Notes under the pieces: generated by a model
What the model saw: only the letters and a program-made list of their open reading frames with translations
Told to the model about the DNA's origin: nothing
Databases searched by the model: none
Origin: an uncultured virus (IMG/VR IMGVR_UViG_3300046517_000919)
Taxonomy: Duplodnaviria > Heunggongvirae > Uroviricota > Caudoviricetes
Virus record (IMG/VR): IMGVR_UViG_3300046517_000919
Strand: one strand, 5' to 3'
Length of the DNA: 64,000 nucleotides
In this document: positions 46,369 through 55,787 of the stretch, piece after piece
Position numbering within the stretch: position 1 is the stretch's first letter
How the letters are laid out: every line of letters begins with the position of its first letter
Translations under genes and position numbers: made by a program

Positions 46369-46819
46369 CTGCTTCCTCCTTCCAAATCAGCACGCCCGGC
46401 AGATCGCGCACGCCGAGCAGGATGCCCATCTTGATGGCGTCATCAACGGCGGACGCCCGAAAGTACGGCTTGAGCCGCTCAAACTGGAGCGCCTCGAAAT
46501 TGGTGATCTTGTACACCCAGTGGGCTGCTTCAGTTTCCTCTGGCGGCTTCGGGGTATTCTCCGCGAACTTGCGGTAGAACGAGATGATACGCCGCATCCG
46601 CTTCGACAGCGGGCCGAAGAAGGCGTTGTTCTGGTTGCCGCCCCGGCTCTTGCGCCATGCGTCGCCGATGCGCAGGAGCGCAGCTTCAGCGCCTTCAAGG
46701 ATGGCGGCGGCGTGCGGCTTCGGGTCGTTGCGCGCGGCATTGGCGCGCTCGGCCACCAGTTCGATGTCAGCGAGCAGCTCACCGTATTTCTCAGCCAGAG
46801 CGGGCGCATGAATATTCAC
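46361..46819 (-). CDS. phage hypothetical protein
   Basis: C-terminal W.YKIT.F...LKPYF...VDDAIK..I..GVRDLPGV.IW pattern. Confidence 0.6.
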   Translation of the reverse strand: MNIHAPALAEKYGELLADIELVAERANAARNDPKPHAAAILEGAEAALLRIGDAWRKSRGGNQNNAFFGPLSKRMRRIISFYRKFAENTPKPPEETEAAHWVYKITNFEALQFERLKPYFRASAVDDAIKMGILLGVRDLPGVLIWKEEADG

Positions 46820-47754
46820 GACTTCACCTTAACCGAGCGATATGAGGTCGGCTCGACCGTGTAGCCCTTCCGGCGCACCGTCTTGGCTTCGACCAGCCGC
46901 CCGTCGAGCAGCCTGCCCTTGGCGTAATTGCCCAAGATCGAGATGATCTCGGCGTCAACCGGCCGCCGCGCCTTGGCTGCGGCGTTGCCATCGTCTTCCA
47001 GCCGCTTCAGCCCTTCGCGCATGTCGCATAGCGGCCCGATCCGCTCGTTGGCGGCGAGATCGACGATTGCGCCGTCGTCGTTGCGATAGATGTCCAAGAC
47101 GGTCGCGGCGTCCTTCCCCCAGTCTATGCCGTAGGGGTCTTTCTCCGCGACGCGGCGCCAGAAATCCGCCGCTAGCTCGCGGAATTTGTCCATTAGAGCG
47201 GGCATGAGCGGCACGTCGATGATCTCAACGTCGAGCCCGGCGTCGCCGATGGTGATCGCGGTCACCGCTGCCCACTTTGCTTCCGCCAGAGCCGCCTCGA
47301 TGGAAACCTGTATGGCGATCCACAACGGCAGCGCGACCTCGCCGGTATCGCGATCCTTCCATGCGCGGAAAGCCTGCTGCCCGACGCTCTTGACCTGAAT
47401 GACGCCGGGGCCTTCGATATCAAGGCGCCACGCTACGAGGTCGGGCGTCGCGCCGATCCGCGCCTCGGTATCGCGGTAGTAGTGGATATTGTGGTGAACG
47501 ATCCACTCTGGCCGCTCTTCCTCAATGATGCTGGGCGCAATCTTCTCGATGACATCGCCACGGCGGGCGAGCCGCGCGTCGATGATGTCAGGCTTGGGGA
47601 CGAGGCCGCTCTTCTGCGCCCACAATTGATAGGCTGAAACATAGGGGTGAATGTCATCTCCGAAGAGGGCGGCGGCCACTGACGCCGTCAGGTCTTCTTT
47701 GCGCCACTCCAGCCACTCTGGCCGGTTGGTGATCTCGCGGCGCTCAATTGGCAT
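46816..47754 (-). CDS. YqaJ / lambda-exonuclease family protein
   Basis: EWLEWRKEDLTAS.AAAL...PYVSAYQLWAQKSG...G..IE...IGATPD...IQVKS...Q. Confidence 0.85.
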   Translation of the reverse strand: MPIERREITNRPEWLEWRKEDLTASVAAALFGDDIHPYVSAYQLWAQKSGLVPKPDIIDARLARRGDVIEKIAPSIIEEERPEWIVHHNIHYYRDTEARIGATPDLVAWRLDIEGPGVIQVKSVGQQAFRAWKDRDTGEVALPLWIAIQVSIEAALAEAKWAAVTAITIGDAGLDVEIIDVPLMPALMDKFRELAADFWRRVAEKDPYGIDWGKDAATVLDIYRNDDGAIVDLAANERIGPLCDMREGLKRLEDDGNAAAKARRPVDAEIISILGNYAKGRLLDGRLVEAKTVRRKGYTVEPTSYRSVKVKS

Positions 47755-47938
47755 CTGTGGCCTCTGGCTCGGCCTTGAACGCCGCCATCCGGCGCAGCAG
47801 CTCGCAGGCGACGCCGAGCCGTTCGTAGCCCTTCTGCTCAAAGACGTAACCGAGCATCTCCGAGAACCGCTCGACCCCGAGGTGGTCGATGATCACCCCG
47901 ATCAGATCTTCCCAATGCTTATTGTCGAGCGTGTGCAT
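47744..47938 (-). CDS. hypothetical protein, first gene of the leftward operon
   Basis: GGGAG RBS; downstream of the leftward promoter. Confidence 0.6.
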   Translation of the reverse strand: MHTLDNKHWEDLIGVIIDHLGVERFSEMLGYVFEQKGYERLGVACELLRRMAAFKAEPEATDAN

Positions 47939-48054
47939 ATTGCTCCCCCCTCTTGGGGCGGGGATAACGAGCGCCGCAGTCCCCGCCCCGTTGATCAGGC
48001 CCATGCCCGGCGCTCCCCCGGAACGCCGCCTCCCGGCTGCGGCCCGATTTCCGC

Positions 48055-48122
48055 TATGTAGCAGCAAGCGCGACATAAGGCAAATCCGTTGGTTGACCTT
48101 GCGACGCAAGATATGAGACAAG
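48055..48122. promoter_or_regulatory. divergent promoter pair with two operator copies
   Basis: Leftward TTGCCT-N17-TACATA with operator at 48057-48075; rightward TTGACC at 48093 with a degenerate operator at 48102-48120. Confidence 0.7.
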
Positions 48123-48131
48123 AGGGCCGCA

Positions 48132-48356
48132 ATGCGCCTTGACCGCTACCTTGAAGCACACAACACGCCAGTTGAACGGTTCGCCGAGTCTATCGGGGTC
48201 CACAGAACGAGCGTCTACAGATTTATGAAAGGGCTGGCGTTCCCCCGGCCCAGTACGATTGAGCGCATCACCGAGGTGACCAAGGGCAACGTGACCGCCA
48301 ACGACTTCATCGCCCTGCTGCCAAGCAAGGACCGCCGACTGACCGCTGTCGGTTGA
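48132..48356 (+). CDS. Cro/XRE-family HTH regulator
   Basis: FAESIGVHRTSVYRFMKG..FPRP....RI.EVTKG.VTANDF. Confidence 0.85.
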   Translation: MRLDRYLEAHNTPVERFAESIGVHRTSVYRFMKGLAFPRPSTIERITEVTKGNVTANDFIALLPSKDRRLTAVG

Positions 48357-48360
48357 CCCC

Positions 48361-48846
48361 ATGATCGTCGCTGGCATCGACATTGGCGTCAGTGGGGCTA
48401 TTGCGGTCCTCTCATCCAGCGGCTCGATCATCGAAATCCACGACATGCCGGTCCTCAAGGACGGCCCAAAGCACCGCAACAGCGTCAACGCGCCATTGCT
48501 CGCCGACATCCTCGCCAACAGCCGTGCTGAGCGCGTCCTGATCGAGTGGGTGGGTGTGCGGCCCGGCGAGGGCGCGGTAGGAGCATTCGCATTCGGCCGG
48601 TCACGCGGCGTCTGCGAGGGCGTTTGCGCCGGGCTCAATCTGCCCGTCCAGTTCATCTCCAGCCCGCAGTGGAAGCGGCTGCACAACATTCCGCCGGGCA
48701 AGGACGGGACCAAAGACCTCGCCCGCTCGAAAGCAATCGCCCGCTGGCCAGCCCGCGCCGATCTCTTCAAGCGGGTTAAGGACGACGGGCGCGCGGAGGC
48801 CGCTCTGATCGCCGCCGCCGGGTTCATGTTGGAGGGCGCGGCTTGA
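48361..48846 (+). CDS. RuvC-like Holliday junction resolvase
   Basis: GIDIG.SGAIA, VLIE, AFAFG, SPQWK, KD.AR, DDGRAEAALIA. Confidence 0.85.
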   Translation: MIVAGIDIGVSGAIAVLSSSGSIIEIHDMPVLKDGPKHRNSVNAPLLADILANSRAERVLIEWVGVRPGEGAVGAFAFGRSRGVCEGVCAGLNLPVQFISSPQWKRLHNIPPGKDGTKDLARSKAIARWPARADLFKRVKDDGRAEAALIAAAGFMLEGAA

Positions 48847-49148
48847 CCTCTTTCGCAGCCATGAAGGGCGGCGATGTCCTTTGCTATGTCCGCGACGCCC
48901 TCCTCAAGGTGGCGGCGGACAAGCGGTCCTTTCTGGAGCAGTCGGCGGCGATTGGCGGCGTCCCGCTCAAAGACGAGGAGCTGGCGGAGGTCAATGCGCT
49001 CGGCGCGGCGGCTGACCTTGTCCAGTACGCGGTGACCGCCGGGCAAGCCGCGAAGGGCAAGGAGCGGCCCCCGCCCGGCTGGGTCATGGGAATGGCGGCG
49101 CAGGCGCGGGTGGCGCTCAGTTCGCCGGAAGGAGAGAACCAAGGCTAA
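48843..49148 (+). CDS. hypothetical protein
   Basis: GGAGG RBS; coupled to the resolvase. Confidence 0.55.
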   Translation: MTSFAAMKGGDVLCYVRDALLKVAADKRSFLEQSAAIGGVPLKDEELAEVNALGAAADLVQYAVTAGQAAKGKERPPPGWVMGMAAQARVALSSPEGENQG

Positions 49149-49160
49149 GGCGAGGAAAAA

Positions 49161-50375
49161 ATGTCAGCGGCGCAATGGACTGCATGGGTCGATCAAGCTC
49201 GCAACGCCGACATCCTCGCAACGGCTCAAAGCCTCGGCGCCCGGTTGAAGAAGTCGAGCACCACCGAATGGGAAGGCCCCTGTCTGGTCTGCGGCGGGAC
49301 TGACCGCTTCTCGATCAACGTCAAAAAGCGCATTTTCAATTGCCGAAAATGCGGCATTGCGGGCAACGTCATCGGTCTTGTGCAAGCGGCCACCGGGGCC
49401 GCTTTCTTAGAGGCCTGCGAGCACCTCAACGGCACGCCGCGTCCTGACCGCTCTCGCGACGAAACGGCGGAACAGCGCAGCTCCCGCCTCGCTGAGAACG
49501 CCGCGCGCAATGCGGCCTACCAGCAGCGTCAGGAGGAAGATCGCGCCGCCGAGGCGGCTCGGGCTCGCCACACCGAGCAAATAATATCGGCGGTCCTCGA
49601 CCGGGCCGTGCCGATCTCGGGGACGCATGGCGAGGCCTATCTCAGGGGGCGCGGGCTCAACCCGCATAAGCGGTTCGTCGGTGACATCAAGTTCGTTCCT
49701 GATCTCGACTACTGGGGTGTGAGCGACAACGGCACCCGAAGCATTGTCCACCTCGCCACACTGCCAGCCATCGTCGCCGTCATCCGCAATTTTGCCAGCG
49801 ACATTATCGGCATCAGCCAGACCTATCTCGATCCGGTCGAGCCACGCAAATGGACCCCAACCGGCTCGCCAACCAATTCCCCCACCAAAATCAGGGGGGA
49901 AAAAAGGGGGGGAATGATCCGCCTTGGGAAGATCGGCGAAGTGCTGGCGCTCGGCGAGGGCTGGGCTAACTGCCTCGCATGGCATCAGCTTGGCCACGGC
50001 CCGGAGAACGTGACGCTCGCTGCCGCTATTGATCTTGGCAATCTGGCGGGCGGCGCGACAGGACATGTGGATCATCCCGTCGCCACAGACGCTGATGGGC
50101 GGAAGCTCAAAATTAAAAACGGCGTTCCCGACCCAAAGTCGCCGGGGGTGATCCTGCCAGACGGAGCGGAGGTCAAGCAAATCATCTTGCTCGCCGATCT
50201 CGATAGCGAAACCTATTCCACCGCCGCCCATCTCCGCACTGCGGCCAAGCGATTTTTGGCCAAGGGCATCTCGGTCGAACTGGCGTGGCCAGACCGGGCG
50301 ACCGATTGGAATGACGTGCTCATCCGAGAGATGATGATGGAGGCCGGTCATGGGGTCGCCGCCGCCAGTCCTTGA
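49161..50375 (+). CDS. DNA primase (N-terminal zinc finger plus TOPRIM)
   Basis: GPCLVCGGTDRF...FNCRKC; EAYLRGRG; LGEG; LLADLD; DWND. Confidence 0.85.
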   Translation: MSAAQWTAWVDQARNADILATAQSLGARLKKSSTTEWEGPCLVCGGTDRFSINVKKRIFNCRKCGIAGNVIGLVQAATGAAFLEACEHLNGTPRPDRSRDETAEQRSSRLAENAARNAAYQQRQEEDRAAEAARARHTEQIISAVLDRAVPISGTHGEAYLRGRGLNPHKRFVGDIKFVPDLDYWGVSDNGTRSIVHLATLPAIVAVIRNFASDIIGISQTYLDPVEPRKWTPTGSPTNSPTKIRGEKRGGMIRLGKIGEVLALGEGWANCLAWHQLGHGPENVTLAAAIDLGNLAGGATGHVDHPVATDADGRKLKIKNGVPDPKSPGVILPDGAEVKQIILLADLDSETYSTAAHLRTAAKRFLAKGISVELAWPDRATDWNDVLIREMMMEAGHGVAAASP

Positions 50376-51666
50376 CCATCCATATCGTACGATTGAGAGC
50401 GCCGAAGACTTTTTAAAGCGCACCGATTGGATTTTTCAGCCGCCGGTCAAAAGCCGGTTCGGCGCCATCAGCCTCGACCAGCTCGACGATCAGGGCGAGC
50501 AGTTCGACTGGCTGGTCAGCGGCTGGCTGTCGAGCCGCGACCGCTCGGTGCTGGCGGGCGACAGCAAGGCTGGCAAATCGTTCTTCGCGCTGGAGCTGGC
50601 GCTATGCGTCGCGTTCGGCCGTGACCTGTTTGGTTTACCGACCAAAAAAGGAGGGGTGGTTTACCAAGTCGGCGAAGGCTTGCTTGGGTTCAAAAAGCGG
50701 CTGCGCGCGTGGCGCGCCTACTACGGCGCCGACTTCACCCGAGAGGTGCCGTTCAGGTTATTTCAAAGGGGGATCGATATCTATCGCGACTTTGATCAGG
50801 TGGACGCGCTGATCGAGGAGATTTTGCAGCATGCCGCGCTGTTCGACGTGCCCCTGCGCCTCGTCGTGATCGACACGCTCGCCAAGGCTTCCATCGGCGC
50901 CGATGAGAACGCCGTGAAAGACATGGGCGTGGTGATGAGAAATGTGGAAAAAATCAACGAGCGAACCGGCGCGCATGTGATGCTCATCCATCATCTCACC
51001 AAAGGCGGCGTCGTGCGTGGATCGACCAGCGTCTACGCGGGCGTGGATCAAGTTTTGCTGCTGACGCGCGATGAGCAAACCAAGCTGCGCACGCTGTCCC
51101 TCGACAAGCAGAAAGACGACGAGGAGGGCGTCTCGCTCAGCTTCGAACTGGAGAAGGTGGCGCTAGGCACCGACGAGGACGGGAGACAGGTCACCTCATG
51201 CATATGCCAAGCGGTGAGCGACCGCGACCGCATCCGCCGCGAGGAGGAGCTGCGAGGCATGCGGATGTCGGTCGCGCTGGAGGTGTTCGTCAAAGCGTTC
51301 TTTGAGGCCGAGAGGCGCTACGGGATGCCCGTGCCGCCCCAGCTCGACCTACCGCCGTCTGTCCGTTCAGTGGCCTCGTGGGAGGACGTAAAGCGGGTCT
51401 ACGGCGACATGGCGCCGAGCGACGCCCTCACCCGCGAGGAGCGCACGACCGACGAGCAGGAGGCGCTGACCGAAAAGCACTTCCAGATGCTGAAGTCGAG
51501 GCTCCGCCGGTTCCGCGAGGAGTCGATTGCGCATGGTATTTTGAAATTTGACACGCTGGAAAACAGGGCGCTCTGCTGGTGGACAGGGAAGCCACTGCGG
51601 GCCTTTCCGCATACCCAGCCGCCGAAGAAAGAGGATATTGATCCGATCTACGCGGTCGAGTTCTAG
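50350..51666 (+). CDS. RepA-like (AAA_25) replicative helicase
   Basis: Walker A GDSKAGKS, Walker B LVVIDT, DEN...DM, IHH..K...RGSTS...VD. Confidence 0.9.
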   Translation: MGSPPPVLDHPYRTIESAEDFLKRTDWIFQPPVKSRFGAISLDQLDDQGEQFDWLVSGWLSSRDRSVLAGDSKAGKSFFALELALCVAFGRDLFGLPTKKGGVVYQVGEGLLGFKKRLRAWRAYYGADFTREVPFRLFQRGIDIYRDFDQVDALIEEILQHAALFDVPLRLVVIDTLAKASIGADENAVKDMGVVMRNVEKINERTGAHVMLIHHLTKGGVVRGSTSVYAGVDQVLLLTRDEQTKLRTLSLDKQKDDEEGVSLSFELEKVALGTDEDGRQVTSCICQAVSDRDRIRREEELRGMRMSVALEVFVKAFFEAERRYGMPVPPQLDLPPSVRSVASWEDVKRVYGDMAPSDALTREERTTDEQEALTEKHFQMLKSRLRRFREESIAHGILKFDTLENRALCWWTGKPLRAFPHTQPPKKEDIDPIYAVEF

Positions 51667-51668
51667 GG

Positions 51669-52778
51669 CTACCTTTTCGCCCTACGCGCCTCCTGCACTG
51701 CCCTCTTTCGCGCTTCCCAGTCGGCGGGCGTTTTGGGCAGGGACGGGATTCTCATTTGTTCAATATCTTTTTCGTCCGCTGAGCGAAGAAGAAATTCCTT
51801 CTTCTTGAAGAGGATGAAGGCCTCGGTGCGTTTGACGCTCTGGGCGTCTGGGTGCAATGCCGAAAGCACAAGCTTGTATTCGTCATTGGTGAACGGCGGA
51901 CGCACTCGACCCGTCGTTCTGGAAAGCAATTCCTTGCACTTCTCCAGCAGCTCACCATCCGCCTCGTCGCGCTGCGCTAGTCGTTTATCGACCCCGTCCC
52001 GTACTCGCTGCTCAAATGAAATTTCAAGTTGGGCCGCCAGCACCTTAAGTCGCGCCTCGACATGGGTGCCTTGCGCCTTGGACAGCTTATTAGGCTGCTG
52101 CGGCGCTATGTTATCTTCGGCAACCACCTCCCCAAGCGCCCGCTCCACCACAATGCGGGAGCGCCCGCTTTCTTTCTCGGCTTGGATGACGGTGGGGTAG
52201 ACCCCATGCATGGCCTTGTGCGCGCGAATAACATTTTTGGCCTCATCGCGTACCTGTGTTGGGCGCGGTGTGGCGGGAGCCTTTTTTCTAGCCCGCACTT
52301 TGTCGGCGATGGCGCGCATCCCTGCCTTGCCTGATTTCGCAGAGGCAATCTCTTCCGGCGTGCCACCCTTCAGGATGGTTTTCGCAGATTCGATGGTGGT
52401 TCTCGGCACGTCCAGCTTCTCGGCTGCATCATCAATAAAGACTGCATTTGCAGTTTTTTCCTTGGGCGGGCGACCATGCGCCGCCGTCACTAACGCTGCC
52501 GCTACAAATGCACGCTCGGCTACGGTCATATGCCTCCGGGTCATGTTCTTGCTGAGCGAGAACGCGAAGGGGTCACCTTCGTGAACAACTGTCATTGGTT
52601 CGACGCCCGCCATCACACAGGCGCGTTCTCGATTGCGCCCATCGAGGAGCTTGCCGTCAGGCGTCAATGTGAGTGGTTCAAGCAGACCGTTGGCAGCGAT
52701 GTCATCGGCAAGCGCGCTGAGTTCAGTCGGCCCCATCTCTGGCCATGCGGCACAGGCGGGGTGCAGTTCGTAGGTCAT
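51669..52778 (-). CDS. ParB/Srx N-terminal domain protein with HTH
   Basis: HP....P.M...EL..LADDIAANGLLEP...LLDGRNR.RAC...S.N..RRH.T...RA; AAEKLDVPRTTIESAK. Confidence 0.8.
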   Translation of the reverse strand: MTYELHPACAAWPEMGPTELSALADDIAANGLLEPLTLTPDGKLLDGRNRERACVMAGVEPMTVVHEGDPFAFSLSKNMTRRHMTVAERAFVAAALVTAAHGRPPKEKTANAVFIDDAAEKLDVPRTTIESAKTILKGGTPEEIASAKSGKAGMRAIADKVRARKKAPATPRPTQVRDEAKNVIRAHKAMHGVYPTVIQAEKESGRSRIVVERALGEVVAEDNIAPQQPNKLSKAQGTHVEARLKVLAAQLEISFEQRVRDGVDKRLAQRDEADGELLEKCKELLSRTTGRVRPPFTNDEYKLVLSALHPDAQSVKRTEAFILFKKKEFLLRSADEKDIEQMRIPSLPKTPADWEARKRAVQEARRAKR

Positions 52779-52975
52779 TGCGCCGCACCTAATTTCGTCA
52801 TCGCTTCACGTATCGTCAGGTCGCCTCTCTGGACAGCCTCGATGAGTTCAATATCACCGCTTTCGTTGATGGCGTGCGCTTGCAAGAGAAGGCCAAAACC
52901 TATGTCCTCTCGGTCAAGCGCTTTCACCGCTTCTTTCAGTTTGGTGGCTGTTTCAATTGAGATTGGTTTATTCAT
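52775..52975 (-). CDS. hypothetical protein
   Basis: Coupled to the ParB-like gene; ELIEAVQRGDLTIREA. Confidence 0.5.
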   Translation of the reverse strand: MNKPISIETATKLKEAVKALDREDIGFGLLLQAHAINESGDIELIEAVQRGDLTIREAMTKLGAAQ

Positions 52976-52993
52976 GGGAAGGCTTCTTTCCCC

Positions 52994-53021
52994 AAAAGGG
53001 GGCGAGCCGAAGCCCGCCCCC
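52994..53021 (-). terminator. intrinsic terminator
   Basis: GGGGGCGGGC-TTCG-GCTCGCCCCC followed by TTTT on the - strand. Confidence 0.8.
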
Positions 53022-53032
53022 AAGATTGCGGC

Positions 53033-53428
53033 CTACTCGTTGATGTCGGGAACGACTTCGCCGCCGACCGTGTTGCGACGTGTCTTGCGGTCTTCCTCGT
53101 AACGCCGCAGCACTACGCCGAGCGCCTTGATGATGGTCGCCAGCTTTTGCGCCGCGACTTCCCCGTCCGGGTTGACCTCGGTGGCCTTGTTGCGGAGCAT
53201 CTCAGCCGCCTTCACATTATCGGCGGAAAGCGACCCCTCGACCGCTTGCTCGTCGTAGACGGCATAGAGGAAACGCTTGTACTCCTTGTCGTTCGCCAAC
53301 TCTAAGTGAACGTCCTCAATCTGATCATTGAGGGTGCGCACCGCCTTGATCTTACGCTTGGCGAGGAACGCTTCCCGCGACTCGGGGAGTTGCGCTGGAA
53401 GTGGCTTTGGAACATTATTCATACCCAT
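53033..53428 (-). CDS. hypothetical protein
   Basis: AGGAG RBS; followed by a terminator. Confidence 0.6.
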   Translation of the reverse strand: MGMNNVPKPLPAQLPESREAFLAKRKIKAVRTLNDQIEDVHLELANDKEYKRFLYAVYDEQAVEGSLSADNVKAAEMLRNKATEVNPDGEVAAQKLATIIKALGVVLRRYEEDRKTRRNTVGGEVVPDINE

Positions 53429-53504
53429 ACTCCTAGTCGGCAGGCGCATTGCACTGCCGAGGCCTACGATAGTCGCAGCTCGTGCGACGGTCAAGGGACG
53501 AACA

Positions 53505-53990
53505 ATGGCGACAACTGAGCGTCTGTCCCCCTCAAAGTTAATTCTCTCGCAGGCGGGGGTGGACGTTCTTGCTGACAGAGAGGGCAACGAGCTGACCGCC
53601 TATCTCGATTCGGTAGGCGTGCTGACCATCGGCATCGGCCACACCAGCGCCGCCGGGCCGCCCAAGGTCTACCAAGGGATGGTGATCACCGAGGATCAGA
53701 GCCACAAGATATTCAGGGCCGACAACACCCGCTTCCGCAAGGAGGCGCTGCCGCTGGTCAAGGCGCCGCTCTACCAGCACGAATGGGACGCGCTCTGTTC
53801 GTTTCTGTTCAACGTCGGGACGACCCAATTCGCTGGCTCGACCGTGCTCAAGCGGGTCAACGCCAAAGATTACGCCGGGGTGCCCGAAGCGCTTCTTTGG
53901 TGGAATAAGCCCCCTGAAATCATCCCCCGGCGCAAAGGCGAGGCGCACGATTTCGCCGAGGGCGAGCCTTATATCGCGCGGATCAGTTGA
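53505..53990 (+). CDS. endolysin, T4-lysozyme-like (GH24) muramidase
   Basis: REG..LTAYLDSVGVLTIGIGHT catalytic E-D-T motif; DAL.SF.FNVG...ST.LKR.N...RRK.E. Confidence 0.9.
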   Translation: MATTERLSPSKLILSQAGVDVLADREGNELTAYLDSVGVLTIGIGHTSAAGPPKVYQGMVITEDQSHKIFRADNTRFRKEALPLVKAPLYQHEWDALCSFLFNVGTTQFAGSTVLKRVNAKDYAGVPEALLWWNKPPEIIPRRKGEAHDFAEGEPYIARIS

Positions 53991-54276
53991 AGCTCGCCGG
54001 GTACTCGGTCTTTGGGTAGGTGATCTCGAAGCTGGTCGGATTGGGGCTGACGTGCGTTCCGCCTCGACAATCGCGGATATCGCCAACCAGCTTCGCGATC
54101 AGCTCCATCTGCCCCTTGTTACGTTCGCTGGCGTTCGCCGCCACCTCGCCCAAAACGTAGCCTGCGAAACCGAGGAAGCCGACATTGATGATCAGCAACG
54201 CAATCGCCAGCGGTTGCGACGACATCGCTGAGACTGCCGCAGTCCCAACCTTGCCGCCCTCTTCGACAACGCCCAT
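53983..54276 (-). CDS. single-TM membrane protein (possible holin/spanin component)
   Basis: QPLAIALLIINVGFLGFAGYVL TM segment plus coiled coil and Cys; convergent with the endolysin. Confidence 0.5.
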   Translation of the reverse strand: MGVVEEGGKVGTAAVSAMSSQPLAIALLIINVGFLGFAGYVLGEVAANASERNKGQMELIAKLVGDIRDCRGGTHVSPNPTSFEITYPKTEYPASFN

Positions 54277-54320
54277 CAGCCCAGCCCATCGCGCCTCCGC
54301 CTCGCCGCCACCATAGCACG

Positions 54321-54809
54321 TCAGTGCCGGGGCTGGCGCTGATTTTGCCTCTGCTCCCTTCGCGTGGCCCAATAGCAATTATCCGGCTCATAGTGCCCAT
54401 CATTATTCCGACGATCCAATGTCAGCCCCGGCGGGGGATCGCCCATATCGGCATAAAAATTGTCGAAGATCATCCACCGCGCACACACTTTGATTCCTCG
54501 GCCACCATAATCGTCCCAGCGATCAGCCCTTGGGTTCAGGCAGCGATTCTTCATATTCGCCCATCTGGAATAAGCCGATGACGGCTTCTCCCCAACAGCA
54601 TGCCCGTGCCTCAAGCGGAGCCCGCGAGTGTCGCGATAAAGGCATCCGCAACTATGAGTGGTCCCCCGAAGGTTGCCGGTAGTGGCGCGTATTTCGGTTC
54701 CGCAATCGCAGCGGCAAAGCCAATATCGATTGTGAGAACCGCTATGCGACAGTCCAAGAACGGTTAGCCGACCGAAGCGCTGACCTACGATATTAACCGG
54801 GGCGGGCAT
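54321..54809 (-). CDS. HNH-type homing endonuclease-like protein
   Basis: GQRFGRLTV...WLCRCDCG...SCGC...W.NMKNRC...YGGRGIKVC.RW..F.NF.ADMG...TLDRRNNDGHYEPDNC.WAT. Confidence 0.85.
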   Translation of the reverse strand: MPAPVNIVGQRFGRLTVLGLSHSGSHNRYWLCRCDCGTEIRATTGNLRGTTHSCGCLYRDTRGLRLRHGHAVGEKPSSAYSRWANMKNRCLNPRADRWDDYGGRGIKVCARWMIFDNFYADMGDPPPGLTLDRRNNDGHYEPDNCYWATRREQRQNQRQPRH

Positions 54810-54818
54810 GACGCGATC

Positions 54819-55298
54819 TTAATGGTAAGAAAACAGGTTGTCGAAGCGCCCGTAGCTGCGGTCGGGGCTCTCGCCCGCTTCGCTGTCCAGAGCGAGATCG
54901 ACGCACCGGCCCTTCTTGTTGCGCTTGATCCGCCAGCGGCGCAGCTTGTGATCGACGCCGTCGGTGGCGATGGCGATCACCACCTCAACGCGGTCCTTGG
55001 CCTGTGCGGGCCGCTCTGAGTCGTCATATTCCTTTGGCCGGATAATCATCCACGCCTCCGAGACGAACATGTAGGCGGTGACGGAATGTTCGCGGATCAG
55101 CTCGCGGATCTCTTGCGCTGCGGCCTCCTTGGAATCGTCGCCGTGGAACGGCGCCTGAACGATCAGATCGTGCGTGCCGGGACAGACGAGATGAAAGAGC
55201 GGCGTCAGCTCGCCCAGTTGGGCGGTGACGAGCACCGTCCGCGCATGATGTTCGGCGACGCGGAGAAGCCGGTCGAGATCAGTCTCGTCGTTGACCAC
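54819..55298 (-). CDS. hypothetical protein
   Basis: GAGGAGG RBS; Y.FVSEAW...DRVEVV pattern. Confidence 0.65.
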   Translation of the reverse strand: MVNDETDLDRLLRVAEHHARTVLVTAQLGELTPLFHLVCPGTHDLIVQAPFHGDDSKEAAAQEIRELIREHSVTAYMFVSEAWMIIRPKEYDDSERPAQAKDRVEVVIAIATDGVDHKLRRWRIKRNKKGRCVDLALDSEAGESPDRSYGRFDNLFSYH

Positions 55299-55479
55299 GC
55301 AATTCCTCCTCGAATTGAGCCAGAGCGGCGTCCAGCTCCCAGACGCAGTCCTGCACCAGCTTGGCCCGCAGCGCGGCGGCGAGGATGGCGATTCTATCCT
55401 CCAGCACCTTCACCCGCTCCATGTCCTCGCGAAAGAGGGCGGCGTCGCGCTGCCCGAAGAGGATGTCCAGCTCGCTCAT
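55279..55479 (-). CDS. small coiled-coil hypothetical protein
   Basis: GGAGG RBS before MSELDIL; coupled. Confidence 0.5.
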   Translation of the reverse strand: MSELDILFGQRDAALFREDMERVKVLEDRIAILAAALRAKLVQDCVWELDAALAQFEEELRGQRRD

Positions 55480-55787
55480 GGGCGCGCCTCCTGCGTCGCG
55501 TTGTAGGCCTTGCGCGCGTACTTGAGGGCGCACTGAAGCGAGCAGAACGGCTGGTGCGGAGAGCCATACGATTCGCCGTCCCATATCCATCGCGTTGTGG
55601 TGAATGTCGGGATATCGGATGCCCCGCCCCGCGCGTTGAGCATGTAGGGCTGGCTGGTGTTGACCACCCTGCCGTTGCCTTTGTAGGCAGGGATGGGCTC
55701 GCCCTTCGGCCAGCGCACGGTTTCAGCAGTGACTCTTCGCGTGCCATAGCGCTCGCCGCACGAGACGCATTGGGGGCGGTGGGTCAT
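55476..55787 (-). CDS. zinc-binding hypothetical protein
   Basis: CVSCG...FCSLQC; GAGGAG RBS. Confidence 0.65.
   Translation of the reverse strand: MTHRPQCVSCGERYGTRRVTAETVRWPKGEPIPAYKGNGRVVNTSQPYMLNARGGASDIPTFTTTRWIWDGESYGSPHQPFCSLQCALKYARKAYNATQEARP

Noticed and set aside
49893..49912. G6-A6-G7 run in the primase as a frameshift site, or primase-helicase fusion
   Set aside because: It encodes RGEKRGG in frame, the TOPRIM motifs follow in the same frame, and the helicase has its own GGAGG RBS.
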